A program made the position numbers and the translations under genes. The notes under the pieces are model-generated. The model made no database searches and had not been told where the DNA came from. It saw only the letters and a list, made by a program, of their open reading frames with translations. This document shows positions 28,459-37,184 of a stretch of 39,412 nt of DNA, in pieces (positions within the stretch are counted from its first letter, which is position 1; each line of letters opens with the position of its first letter). Source of the stretch: a virus (taxonomy: Duplodnaviria; Caudoviricetes); IMG/VR virus record IMGVR_UViG_3300007983_000009, positions 1-39,412 of that record; one strand, written 5' to 3'.

Positions 28459-29668
28459 CTACGCGCTGTACCTTCTCCAGCACCTGTTCAGGCTTCACCG
28501 AAAGAAGCACCTCGCACCGCATATCGTCAGCGTTTGTAGCCGTGTATGCGTAGGTGGGGGCTTTAGGGTCGGCATCCTGGTTGAACACCGACAACTCCAT
28601 GTACGCAGGGTCGTACCCGATACGTACTCGTGGATCGTGTGTACCCCATATTGATACGGCTGGCGTGCGTACGGCTTGGGCGATGTAAAGCGGTCCAGAG
28701 TCAAGGCATACTACCCCAGCGGCGTTTTTGATGATCGAAGCCACGAGGCGGACAGGTGTTTTCCCGAGAAGGTTGATTATTGCTCGCGATTGCTCTGCCA
28801 TCTGGTTTACCTGCTGCATGAAAGCCCCGAAGCTCATGTCTAAGACAGGCATACGACCCTCGTTCACGTGACCCACGACCACGATAGGAATGCGGAGGTT
28901 GTTTATGGTTTCGCGCATGATTTGAAGCCATTGACCATAGTTCATAGACCGCAGCGTGCTGTGAGACAGCGGTGAAAATACGAGGTAGGGTTGTGACCGC
29001 AAGTCCATCCCATACGACGAGTAGATGTGGTACATGAGCGCGTCGCAGTTGCGGGCGTCTTGGTCTACGAGGTTTATGCTAGGACGTTTGAAGCGCGGAT
29101 CAACTGTCGAAGGATCAACGCCCATGCTGCGGTAAAGAGCGTCGTACACGTTCGGCTGGTCAGGTTCTTCGTTGAACTCGGTGACGGACTCAATCATCCA
29201 GTGCGCCTCATAGAGGTCAAGGTCTTCGTAGTGAGTAGGACCGAACATTACCGATCCGTTTGAAATGGCGGGGTGGTGCGCAAGTACTTGACTTCGCTTG
29301 CTTAGACCGTACACGTCGATCGTCACTTCGTGCGAGGACATGTGCTGAAGCCAGCTCATAGGTCCTGTCAAAAAGAGCAGGTCGCCTATTCCTCGGTCTC
29401 GCATGCGCTCGACAAGTATGCGCCTTCCTGCGAGGTTTACACCACCTTTCAAAGGGCGGTACTTAGCCGAACCGTTAAGGTCAGACACCCGCTCTACGTG
29501 GTCTGCCACGTACTTCACATGGCATGCGTTCATTATGTAGCGACGCGGCGGGTTCATAATCCACGTTTCATCGTCATCTCGCGCCCACACTACAGGTCGC
29601 TTCATTGTAGCTACTACCCAATGCTGCGGCGTTACGGTACGTTTTGTGTCGTTAACGGTTTCGTTCAT
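28439..29668 (-). CDS. GT9-like glycosyltransferase (heptosyltransferase family)
   Basis: RGIGDLLF, NLLGKT.VR, CLDSGPLYIAQAVRTPAVSIWG. Confidence 0.88.
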   Translation of the reverse strand: MNETVNDTKRTVTPQHWVVATMKRPVVWARDDDETWIMNPPRRYIMNACHVKYVADHVERVSDLNGSAKYRPLKGGVNLAGRRILVERMRDRGIGDLLFLTGPMSWLQHMSSHEVTIDVYGLSKRSQVLAHHPAISNGSVMFGPTHYEDLDLYEAHWMIESVTEFNEEPDQPNVYDALYRSMGVDPSTVDPRFKRPSINLVDQDARNCDALMYHIYSSYGMDLRSQPYLVFSPLSHSTLRSMNYGQWLQIMRETINNLRIPIVVVGHVNEGRMPVLDMSFGAFMQQVNQMAEQSRAIINLLGKTPVRLVASIIKNAAGVVCLDSGPLYIAQAVRTPAVSIWGTHDPRVRIGYDPAYMELSVFNQDADPKAPTYAYTATNADDMRCEVLLSVKPEQVLEKVQRVVTPTGG

Positions 29669-29978
29669 ACTCGTTTAGAACAGATATGTAGCGATCAGGT
29701 CTTTTAATCAAGTACACGTACATCCTGTAGGTGAGGAGGCCTTTACCTCTCTTACCTCCATTTTCTTTGTACACCCGCCGCTTCTCGTACCGAAGGTATC
29801 CTTCCTGGTACAGCTGGGTGATTTTGTTCACTATCTGCTTCTTGTGCGCTGTCTTACTATTAGAGTCGGCAGGTACTGCGCGTTTAACCAGCTCCCAAAA
29901 CGCTATACCGTTTTGTTTAACGAGCTCGCACAGTATGATCTCCTCAACGGTAGTATCAGTAAGTTGTTCGGGGTCCAC
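29652..29978 (-). CDS. Basic protein, possible winged helix
   Basis: IILCEL...F.EL...ITQLYQEGYLRYEKR pattern; GTG 29978 preceded by AAGGA; start uncertain. Confidence 0.45.
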   Translation of the reverse strand: MDPEQLTDTTVEEIILCELVKQNGIAFWELVKRAVPADSNSKTAHKKQIVNKITQLYQEGYLRYEKRRVYKENGGKRGKGLLTYRMYVYLIKRPDRYISVLNEYERNR

Positions 29979-31851
29979 TGTTCCTTGGAGGGTTGGCCTT
30001 CGGAGGCTTGTTCGGGTTAAATCCTGGTCCGTTTGACCGCTCGTCTGAGCGTACATACCTGCGCCGTCCCGCTCTCAGAGGCACGGGAGCTTTAGGTACG
30101 GGTGGGGGCGTGTTAGGTACAGGCCTGAAACTCGGCTTTCCGCCGCCTCCGCCGCCTCCGCCTACAAGTTCGTCCGCACTTGGTGCTGGTGCGTAAGGAG
30201 AGGGACGAGGAACGTTTACTTTAGGCGGTCTGCTCAAGCTCTCAGGAACGCTCAGATGGGCTGTCGCGGACGACTTTGTTGTGCTGTTTGTCAGCGCACC
30301 GACAGGGTTTACTGCCGCCTGACCTAATGGCTTGACCTTGTCAGTCAGGTAAGGACGCAGTGATTCAGGTATGGCGTCCCACTCTCGCGGCGTCCACACG
30401 CGGATGGAGGGCCACACCTGGTAGCCGCGATACATGTGTACGTCCTTCATGCCTTCCTTAACATTCGGAAGAGTATTGGCTATGAAGTCCTCAAACGCGT
30501 ACGCTGGATCGTCGTAGTGACCTGACACTCGCATCTTAGTGACGACTTCCTCACTAGTCTTGCGAGTAGCTGTAAAGTGGATCACGTCGTGGGCATCAAT
30601 ATTCCTGCAAACCCCGAACACGGCCCTGCACTCCGCAAATCGCGCGTCACCCCTCACGTAAACTGTCGCAAGGTCTTTAGCGTCATGTATAGGATAGCCA
30701 GGGACCCCCACTACAGGCACCATGGCACAGGATATGGCTGCGGGGTGGTAGTGCTTGACGATGGTGTCGACCTTACGCAACAGCCCAGGCATCCAAAGCT
30801 CGTCTCCATCAATGATAAGGATGTGCTTAAACCCTTCGCCGCTGATCCAGTCTTTAGACTCGTTGCGTACACATGTCTCAGTTGCGAGTCGGTTAGGGAG
30901 GTGGCGGTACTTCTCCACATTAAACACGCGAGACTTCACTACGCACCCATCAAGTTTGTTAAGCTCGTCCTTTACCTGCATCACTTCTTTAATGTCGCTC
31001 TCCGGAGTCGGGCGACCGTCCCAGTAAGCGTCAGGAATGCAGAAGAAGAAATGGGATACGCCTTCATCCACTAGGCGTTTGCATGTCTCATAAAGGCAGA
31101 AGTCGTCTTTAATCACCTGCATGTAGCAGGCGTACTTCTCGCCTAATGCTTTAGTCTCGGCAAGGTACACTTCAGCCTTTGGTCCTGCGTCAATAGGAAA
31201 GCCACGCGCACGCCTAAAGTTGTAAAGCAGCTCCCCTGTCGTGTAGTGCTCGCTGCTGCTGTGGTTTAGGTCTACTTCGTCCCTGCCGCGAAGACCAGCG
31301 TCGCAGTGTACGTGCTGGAACGTGATATGCCGAGCGTCCAGCAAAGCTCCGTCCATTTTCGCCCTTTGCGTGAGTTCGGTGTCGCAGAACATTGAGTGGT
31401 ACTTGGGGTAGTACAGATAGCCGAACTTCTCGTACCTGGGTCTGGACACTACAGGCAAGGTACACAGTTGGTTCAAGTACCCGTCACTGACGAACAGGCA
31501 CTTGTCTTCTCTTATCCAAGACCCGTTTCCGAAGTCAGTAAGCAACTTATCCCATCCTGCAGGAGGATCCCAGTCGTCCGAGAGAGCAATTAGTACGTCT
31601 CCAGTAGAGAGCTCTGCGGCAAGGTTCCAACCCTTTACGCAACAAAACGGTCGTTCGCGCTGGATTGCGGTAGAAACATGCGGCAAGTCAAGGGAGTCAA
31701 TGACTTCGATCCCCTTCTCGTCGTCCGCATCGACAGTGACTACAAACTCGACCTGGTCGGGGTGCGTTGCTCTGCTTTTCCAAAGCTCAATTACCCTCCG
31801 GATTTCGTGCGGGCGTCGAGATGTGTAACATAGGGAGAATGTGTATGGCAT
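29956..31851 (-). CDS. Two-domain GT-A (family 2-like) glycosyltransferase with Pro-rich tail
   Basis: Domain 1 VTVDADD, GWNLAA, GDVLIALSDD, YHSMFCDTE; domain 2 ET.VRN, LIIDGDELW. Confidence 0.8.
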   Translation of the reverse strand: MPYTFSLCYTSRRPHEIRRVIELWKSRATHPDQVEFVVTVDADDEKGIEVIDSLDLPHVSTAIQRERPFCCVKGWNLAAELSTGDVLIALSDDWDPPAGWDKLLTDFGNGSWIREDKCLFVSDGYLNQLCTLPVVSRPRYEKFGYLYYPKYHSMFCDTELTQRAKMDGALLDARHITFQHVHCDAGLRGRDEVDLNHSSSEHYTTGELLYNFRRARGFPIDAGPKAEVYLAETKALGEKYACYMQVIKDDFCLYETCKRLVDEGVSHFFFCIPDAYWDGRPTPESDIKEVMQVKDELNKLDGCVVKSRVFNVEKYRHLPNRLATETCVRNESKDWISGEGFKHILIIDGDELWMPGLLRKVDTIVKHYHPAAISCAMVPVVGVPGYPIHDAKDLATVYVRGDARFAECRAVFGVCRNIDAHDVIHFTATRKTSEEVVTKMRVSGHYDDPAYAFEDFIANTLPNVKEGMKDVHMYRGYQVWPSIRVWTPREWDAIPESLRPYLTDKVKPLGQAAVNPVGALTNSTTKSSATAHLSVPESLSRPPKVNVPRPSPYAPAPSADELVGGGGGGGGKPSFRPVPNTPPPVPKAPVPLRAGRRRYVRSDERSNGPGFNPNKPPKANPPRNSGPRTTY

Positions 31852-31883
31852 ACTATAAGAACATTTTTCTGTTCTAAGAAAAC

Positions 31884-32321
31884 GTGACCTTCATCGAACT
31901 CACAGTCAAGGCGTACCATCAAAAGCACACCTCGTATCCCGAGAGTGTGATCGTGAGTCCCTGCGCTGCCCCTATACTGACCGAGCGAGGTGAGGTTATT
32001 ACTGATGCCAACTGCAACGGAATACCCGTCGAAATCAGAGAGTTCGACGAGTGCCATGCGGCGGGCAAAGGTAGCGCTAAGAAGCCGCGCTACGTCGGAA
32101 TCTTCTATCAAGAGGGTTCAGGCGCAGACGCGTCACTTCGGGCATTAGATTTGGCTCACCCAGGGTACCCTCCTCCAAGAGGTACTGAGAGCATACGGGG
32201 GCGTGTGCAAGGTGGGTCGCCCAGCGCCAGTACGGAAAGGGGCGAAAGCCCTGTGCTGTCTGAGGACACCCGAATCAGTGGGAGTCGTCAGCAGACTCAA
32301 ACAAGCCACCCTCAACCATAA
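31884..32321 (+). CDS. Hypothetical protein; 3' end overlaps structured RNA element
   Basis: GTTCTA-N7-GTG upstream; globular-looking first ~90 aa, then a Ser/Gly/Pro-rich tail. Confidence 0.55.
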   Translation: MTFIELTVKAYHQKHTSYPESVIVSPCAAPILTERGEVITDANCNGIPVEIREFDECHAAGKGSAKKPRYVGIFYQEGSGADASLRALDLAHPGYPPPRGTESIRGRVQGGSPSASTERGESPVLSEDTRISGSRQQTQTSHPQP

Positions 32322-33196
32322 AGCATGTAAGTGTAACGCTATAAGCAGACATCAACCCTTTCATACGCAGCATTAAGCCCACGTACCGTAGTATCCACGA
32401 ACCACAGTACCGATAAGAAATCGGGAAGGTCAGCGATAAGGTCAGGGCAGCCAGGAGTTAGGGATGCAGAAAAAGTCACAATGCAGTAAGCAGCAAACAA
32501 CACGTAAGAAATGCGAAAAATGAATTTACGGGGGTGGCAGCGTTTGAGGGACGTAGCAGAAATGTCGTACCTGTTAGCGTGACGACGTCAGAGCCCGAAG
32601 GTGGAAGCAAAACTACGCCTTCGTCAGAGGACACTGGGGTAAACGGAGACTTACCTATGGTGGGAGTAATGACGGAATCACGCAGCAAAGGGCGCAGCTC
32701 GCCGTAGGACTAGCCACGGAGAAGCGGCTCTAGGACCCCGAATCTAGGGGGCGCAGGTACATGCCACCTGAGCAAAATCCTGAAAGGATTCTGCGGAAAA
32801 CTCGTGTCCACGTGAGAGACGGGAGAGCTTTTGCTGAGCCTACTCCCCACGCACTCACCGAAAAACACACTCTCCGCACGTCTCCGCAAGGGCTCACGTG
32901 GACGCTGGGGGTTGCGTCTCAACCGCTACGACTAGATCCGAAGATACAGTAGCACCTGAGACCGCTTGTTTGCCTAACTTTCGCCACGCGCCCAACCACT
33001 TGTACACTCACTTCCTTCTCCTGAATAAGGAGACGCCGAAATACGAGATAGGGTGCGTTGGCTGAGCGAAGCGAGGAGCATACCATAAGCACCTTGGTAT
33101 CTTCGGCCTTTTTTGTGTCCATACATCATTGCCGTCTGTGAGCAGATGTGTGGAGGAGACTGGCTGACACAGAGTATAGCTACACAACCCCCAGCG
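32153..33196 (+). ncRNA. Large structured RNA of unassigned class (about 1.05 kb)
   Basis: Many nested helices, e.g. 32305-13/32530-38, 32296-302/32542-48, 32284-90/32580-86, 32806-16/32893-903, 32903-14/33185-96; G-U pairs and GAAA loop favour + strand; no credible ORF 32322-33229. Confidence 0.7.
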
Positions 33197-33229
33197 ATCA
33201 CGTTACGCGATGGACGCGTTCTTACTTAC

Positions 33230-33664
33230 ATGGAATCAAAGATAGAACTCGCATGGATGGACATTGCCTTTGCATTTGCCAGCCGTATGTCCAAAGACCC
33301 CCGCACTCAGGTAGGTGCAGTAATCGTGTCTCCTGACCACAGGCACTTTTCTGTTGGCTACAATGGCTTCCCTTCGGGTGTATGCGAAGACTCGCACTTA
33401 TGGGAAGCCCCTGAGAAGTACGAGCGGGTTATACATGCAGAAGTAAACGCCCTGCTTAACTGCCCCTTCGACACTAAGGGTTGTAAAGTGTATTGCACAC
33501 ACGAGCCTTGCCACAGGTGCCACGGTGCTATGATTAACGCAGGTATTGTCGAGGTGGTGTATGCACAGCCTTATATGAGAAACCCACGCAGGGATATTAC
33601 TAGGGAGTTCTCTGCCCGTCTTCCTATTCGTCAGTTGGACTATCCGATACCACCGTCCGTGTAG
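33230..33664 (+). CDS. dCMP deaminase
   Basis: SKDPRTQVGAVIV, GYNG.P.G, HAEVNAL, PCHRC; ATG 33230 follows GTTCTT-N6. Confidence 0.95.
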   Translation: MESKIELAWMDIAFAFASRMSKDPRTQVGAVIVSPDHRHFSVGYNGFPSGVCEDSHLWEAPEKYERVIHAEVNALLNCPFDTKGCKVYCTHEPCHRCHGAMINAGIVEVVYAQPYMRNPRRDITREFSARLPIRQLDYPIPPSV

Positions 33665-33980
33665 TGGCTTCTTGTCTGTTGTGAGTGTCAAAGAAGGCGT
33701 CATTAGACACTTCCTCCCACTCCTTAAACTTGAATACCTCAGCTAATCGGGGCATCACACGGTCAACGATAGCCTGTCGCTTACTGTCGGGATAGGTATA
33801 GCCGTATTGGAGGGTTAGCATCCCGTCTAGCCCGTCCATGTCAACCGACTCACTTACCTCTATGTCTGATAGGGCTGGAACAGGGTGATGTCCAAAAGGC
33901 ACTTTAAGGTACCCCTTACCCCGCTTCTTTGGTACTAGGACGTTTAGTCCGCTCCCGTTCCATAGGTATAAGGCTTTCAT
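33624..33980 (-). CDS. Hypothetical protein
   Basis: ATGA-coupled to upstream gene. Confidence 0.6.
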   Translation of the reverse strand: MKALYLWNGSGLNVLVPKKRGKGYLKVPFGHHPVPALSDIEVSESVDMDGLDGMLTLQYGYTYPDSKRQAIVDRVMPRLAEVFKFKEWEEVSNDAFFDTHNRQEATTRTVVSDSPTDE

Positions 33981-34543
33981 ACTTCGCTGTCCGATACCAC
34001 CGTCTTAGTAGCGGCTTGGGTCTGCTTGTAGACCTCGTAAGCGTAGGCGCGTCCCATCTTGCGTAAGACCTCAAGTTGCCTCTCGTGCAACCTTACGATT
34101 TCCTCTGTCTGGTCTTGAAGCGTGAACATATTATCTAGGATACTCAGCGCACGCTCATTCTCAGGTAGCTTTGCTTCGGACTCCAAGAACGCAAGGGAAT
34201 TAAAGCAGCTTCCTGGAAGGTACTTTTCGTTGGCTACTACCGTTAGCATAGAGTACGCCAAGGAAGCTGCACGGTACTGAGTAAACCCTTCTGGTAGCTT
34301 ATCATCAGGCAAGGGTCGCAGGACGGTGTTGTTTTGAGATACATACGCACCCGCGATTTTCTCGGATACATACGTAATCTTGCCGCCGACGACGAAGACG
34401 ACGATGTCAAGGTAGTCCACACGCGTGTAGCTCTGGTTGCTCGCGTCAGTGTGTTTTATACCGCGCGTCGTCAGAATGCGCTCTTCACTGCGTAAGCGGT
34501 TAGTGTTAGCGGGGACTTTCTTTAGTAGGTTCTTGAATCTCAT
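33977..34543 (-). CDS. Hypothetical protein
   Basis: 188-aa ORF in a same-strand run. Confidence 0.65.
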   Translation of the reverse strand: MRFKNLLKKVPANTNRLRSEERILTTRGIKHTDASNQSYTRVDYLDIVVFVVGGKITYVSEKIAGAYVSQNNTVLRPLPDDKLPEGFTQYRAASLAYSMLTVVANEKYLPGSCFNSLAFLESEAKLPENERALSILDNMFTLQDQTEEIVRLHERQLEVLRKMGRAYAYEVYKQTQAATKTVVSDSEV

Positions 34544-34576
34544 AGTTCTTGCCTGAGTGAGTCGTATTTTACCCCA

Positions 34577-34867
34577 TTAGGAGATTTTCTTAAATTCGAT
34601 ATAGACGTGGGCTCCGCCTGTATCATAGCGGAACGCGCCCATTACACGTTGCTCAGCCTCGGAGAGCGTTTGAAGCCAAGGGTTGTCCTCGATGGGCGTT
34701 TCGGGAAAGAGGACGTAATTCGCCGCGATAGCGAATTTTGTGCGCTCCGACAACCCCTCGAACCAGTCACTGAGTTTTTGCTCTGCGCGGTCTCGGTCGT
34801 CCGAGTTGTGCCAGTCGCCTGACTGGACATAGGCAATGAAATGGTCGTCAAATGTTTTTTCCTTCAT
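34577..34867 (-). CDS. Hypothetical protein
   Basis: AAGGA ribosome site; downstream of repeat copy 1. Confidence 0.65.
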   Translation of the reverse strand: MKEKTFDDHFIAYVQSGDWHNSDDRDRAEQKLSDWFEGLSERTKFAIAANYVLFPETPIEDNPWLQTLSEAEQRVMGAFRYDTGGAHVYIEFKKIS

Positions 34868-34901
34868 GGTCTTTCCTTCGTGGTTTTCTTTCGTGCTGTT
34901 A

Positions 34902-34936
34902 CCTCTTCCTATACATGAGGGGCGAAAGTGTTAACC
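34902..34936 (-). promoter_or_regulatory. Conserved 36-bp promoter-like repeat, copy 1
   Basis: GGTTAACACTTTCGCCCCTCATGTATAGGAAGAGG on - strand. Confidence 0.7.
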
Positions 34937-35344
34937 ACTTAGCATGTCGTACTGCTCGGGAGTCTCGTAGCGGTCATGCACAGGGACAGGGAAGGGCACG
35001 ATTCTGAACATACCGTTGCTGTCCTTAACGTAATTGCCTCCCGCCATTGCGCCGATAGTATTCCCTTTTGGGGCGTGGCGGGAAGTAGTGACAGCCTTAA
35101 CGTAGCCCTTAGCGCTACCAATGACTCGGCGGAGGTGCTTTTCGTCCTGAATCACCTCAGTACGACCGAGCGAGCCGTCACACAGCACGAGGTCAGTGTC
35201 GGAATCAGCGTCTTCCACCGAGGGGATGCCCCATTGAATAATAAGGGTGTCGGCGTATTCGGTGATTCCCTCGTTAGTACACCCGTGACCCTTGCCGTAG
35301 GTGTGCATGACTTTGACGGAAGTTTTGGTAATTCTGCTGCTCAT
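34931..35344 (-). CDS. Hypothetical protein
   Basis: CTNEGIT and GAMAGGNY...PVPVHDRYE look like a conserved small phage family; follows repeat copy 2. Confidence 0.7.
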   Translation of the reverse strand: MSSRITKTSVKVMHTYGKGHGCTNEGITEYADTLIIQWGIPSVEDADSDTDLVLCDGSLGRTEVIQDEKHLRRVIGSAKGYVKAVTTSRHAPKGNTIGAMAGGNYVKDSNGMFRIVPFPVPVHDRYETPEQYDMLSG

Positions 35345-35380
35345 GCCCCTTCCTATACATGAGGGGCGAAAATGTTAACC
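35345..35380 (-). promoter_or_regulatory. Conserved 36-bp promoter-like repeat, copy 2
   Basis: GGTTAACATTTTCGCCCCTCATGTATAGGAAGGGGC directly before ATG 35344. Confidence 0.7.
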
Positions 35381-35710
35381 TCACACCTCTTCTTCGTCTG
35401 GAACAGTACAGGATGTACCTGACACAGAGACGCTCAAGTTAAGGCGTTCGCGCAGGACTTCTTCAATGTTGTTTTTCAAGTCTGCTATCACCATCGTAGG
35501 AGCTGAGCTTTCGTCTATGGTCAGGTGTGCTTCGTACGCGGGTTTCGTAAACAAGGCTTTAGGTACATCAAGCTGTATCTTGACAGCAATCTCGTCGGAC
35601 GCCGTACTAGGCTTGTTCTTCGTGGCCTTCACACTCAGAGTGGAGTTATAACCCTGCTTTTTGTTGTACTTGAGAACGAGGTAGGCGTTGGCTTTTATAT
35701 TGTCAGGCAT
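35381..35710 (-). CDS. Hypothetical protein
   Basis: GTTCTA-N6-ATG upstream. Confidence 0.7.
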   Translation of the reverse strand: MPDNIKANAYLVLKYNKKQGYNSTLSVKATKNKPSTASDEIAVKIQLDVPKALFTKPAYEAHLTIDESSAPTMVIADLKNNIEEVLRERLNLSVSVSGTSCTVPDEEEV

Positions 35711-35726
35711 ACCTCGTAGAACGGAT

Positions 35727-36107
35727 TTACTCGTCTAAGGCGTTACATGTAATGAATGTATTGTGGCACAATAGGTTGTTCCTGACAGGGTGGCGTGGTT
35801 CGTTGAGCTCATAGTACACATCTACGAGAGGTCTGCTCCAGTCCACGTCTTTCAACGAGTCTATCAACCTTTTACCAGTCGTACACTCATCGTACGAGGA
35901 CTGCATGGATGGGTCATCGGCGTACCTCTGCTCGCGCAAAAGCCCGTCAACCAGGTCATCAAAGAACCGAGACGCACACTGCCAATGGGACTTAGCCCGT
36001 CTGTCTTCGTCCCAAACGTCAGCTTTCCCGCTGGGCATGCTGGCGGCTGTTTTACCTGCCTGCTCGGAGGCGTTACGTACCTTATCTATAGTGTCTGCGT
36101 AGTTCAT
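35727..36107 (-). CDS. Hypothetical protein
   Basis: 126-aa ORF adjacent to upstream stop. Confidence 0.6.
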   Translation of the reverse strand: MNYADTIDKVRNASEQAGKTAASMPSGKADVWDEDRRAKSHWQCASRFFDDLVDGLLREQRYADDPSMQSSYDECTTGKRLIDSLKDVDWSRPLVDVYYELNEPRHPVRNNLLCHNTFITCNALDE

Positions 36108-36109
36108 GG

Positions 36110-36676
36110 TTATCCGACCTCGCTTGCGTAAACCTTGGCCATCTCAAAAGAGTCATCAAGGTCTTTGCACACGTACCCTTTCTGGTAGGGAGAACTATTT
36201 TTACCGAAGCAGCCTGACACAATAGCATCATCTTCTACCGTCTCGCCGGGTGCGTAGCCTCCTGCTGCACGGTGCGACCACCCGTACCACTTGTTCTTCT
36301 CTGGACACAGCCCGACGCAACACACGTCGCCATGTCCGCCTTTCAGAAACCTGGTAATACCGAGTTCCTTCCAGTACTTCTCTGCGTCCGTATCCATACC
36401 GATGTACCCGTCATCCTCTAGGGAGCGGGCAATCATCATCTCCTGCTGGTCGCAGGTAGGGTCGAACCTGTAAATCTGCTTGACGACCTTGTACCCGCGA
36501 TCAGGAAACTCCTCGACTACTTCCTCCGAGTCAACCACAGGACCTGACATCTCGTTTTCCACGATAGCACGGCGGCTTACGTGGTGGTCAAGTACTCTAC
36601 GGCTGCGCTTTCCCTGGTCTTGGAAGCGTACAACGGATGCGAGCATCTGTAGCTCTGGAAAGGATTTGTGGCTCAT
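36110..36676 (-). CDS. Hypothetical protein
   Basis: KWYGWSHRA motif; TAGTTA-N4-ATG upstream. Confidence 0.7.
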   Translation of the reverse strand: MSHKSFPELQMLASVVRFQDQGKRSRRVLDHHVSRRAIVENEMSGPVVDSEEVVEEFPDRGYKVVKQIYRFDPTCDQQEMMIARSLEDDGYIGMDTDAEKYWKELGITRFLKGGHGDVCCVGLCPEKNKWYGWSHRAAGGYAPGETVEDDAIVSGCFGKNSSPYQKGYVCKDLDDSFEMAKVYASEVG

Positions 36677-36689
36677 ACCATAACTACGT

Positions 36690-36725
36690 GGTTAACATTT
36701 TCGTTGCTCATGTATAGGAAGGGGC
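36690..36725 (+). promoter_or_regulatory. Conserved 36-bp promoter-like repeat, copy 3
   Basis: GGTTAACATTTTCGTTGCTCATGTATAGGAAGGGGC directly before ATG 36726. Confidence 0.7.
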
Positions 36726-37181
36726 ATGACCACGAAAAACACAGTAACCGAAAACTACGAAGTAAAGAACGTCAAGTCCATGGAAGGCATGGACGGCATC
36801 GCCTACTCGGCAACCATCTACCGAAACGGAAATCGCGTCGGTACGGTTCACCAGAGCGGCTGCGGCGGGTGCAACAACTACCAGATGTCTGCTGACGAAC
36901 TCGCGATTCTCAAGGAGACTGCCGCCCGTGTCGAGGGTGAGTCCTATTGCGAGATTGAGGACGTGTTCATCGGTCGCCTCTGCGACGACTACGAAAACTC
37001 CAAGCGTCTCCGCCGCGTTTGCAAGAAGCAGACCCTTTTCCGCCTCACAGATACTGAAGTGGACTCCTACCGTACTCTCAGTCAACCTTACGACCAGCGT
37101 ATTCACGACCACATCATCAAAAAGTACGGCGATGCCGTAGTCGAAATCCTCAACCGCAACGCCAACCCTGTCGCTATCTAG
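36726..37181 (+). CDS. Hypothetical protein
   Basis: AYSATIY.NG.RVG.V...G.GG motif; follows repeat copy 3. Confidence 0.72.
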   Translation: MTTKNTVTENYEVKNVKSMEGMDGIAYSATIYRNGNRVGTVHQSGCGGCNNYQMSADELAILKETAARVEGESYCEIEDVFIGRLCDDYENSKRLRRVCKKQTLFRLTDTEVDSYRTLSQPYDQRIHDHIIKKYGDAVVEILNRNANPVAI

Positions 37182-37184
37182 TTT

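Noticed and set aside
32260-32290. CTGAGGA matching hammerhead core CUGANGA
   Set aside because: The following short stem is not followed by GAAA and stems I/III cannot be built.
32918-32953. GACTA and AAGATACAGT resembling group I intron R/S elements
   Set aside because: P7 pairing does not form properly, spacing is too short and no interrupted gene is evident.
33051-33093. tRNA-like start GGGTGCGTTGGCTGAGCG
   Set aside because: No anticodon arm, no TTC T-loop, too short.
32476-33229. Short ORFs of 63-75 aa in the structured region and the 33113 start for dCMP deaminase
   Set aside because: No start signals or protein-like features; they overlap each other on both strands; deaminase homology and the GTTCTT box favour ATG 33230.
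35345-35367. GCCCCT...AGGGGC hairpin suggesting an N4-type hairpin promoter
   Set aside because: Pairing is weakened in copy 1 and lost in copy 3 while primary sequence is kept.
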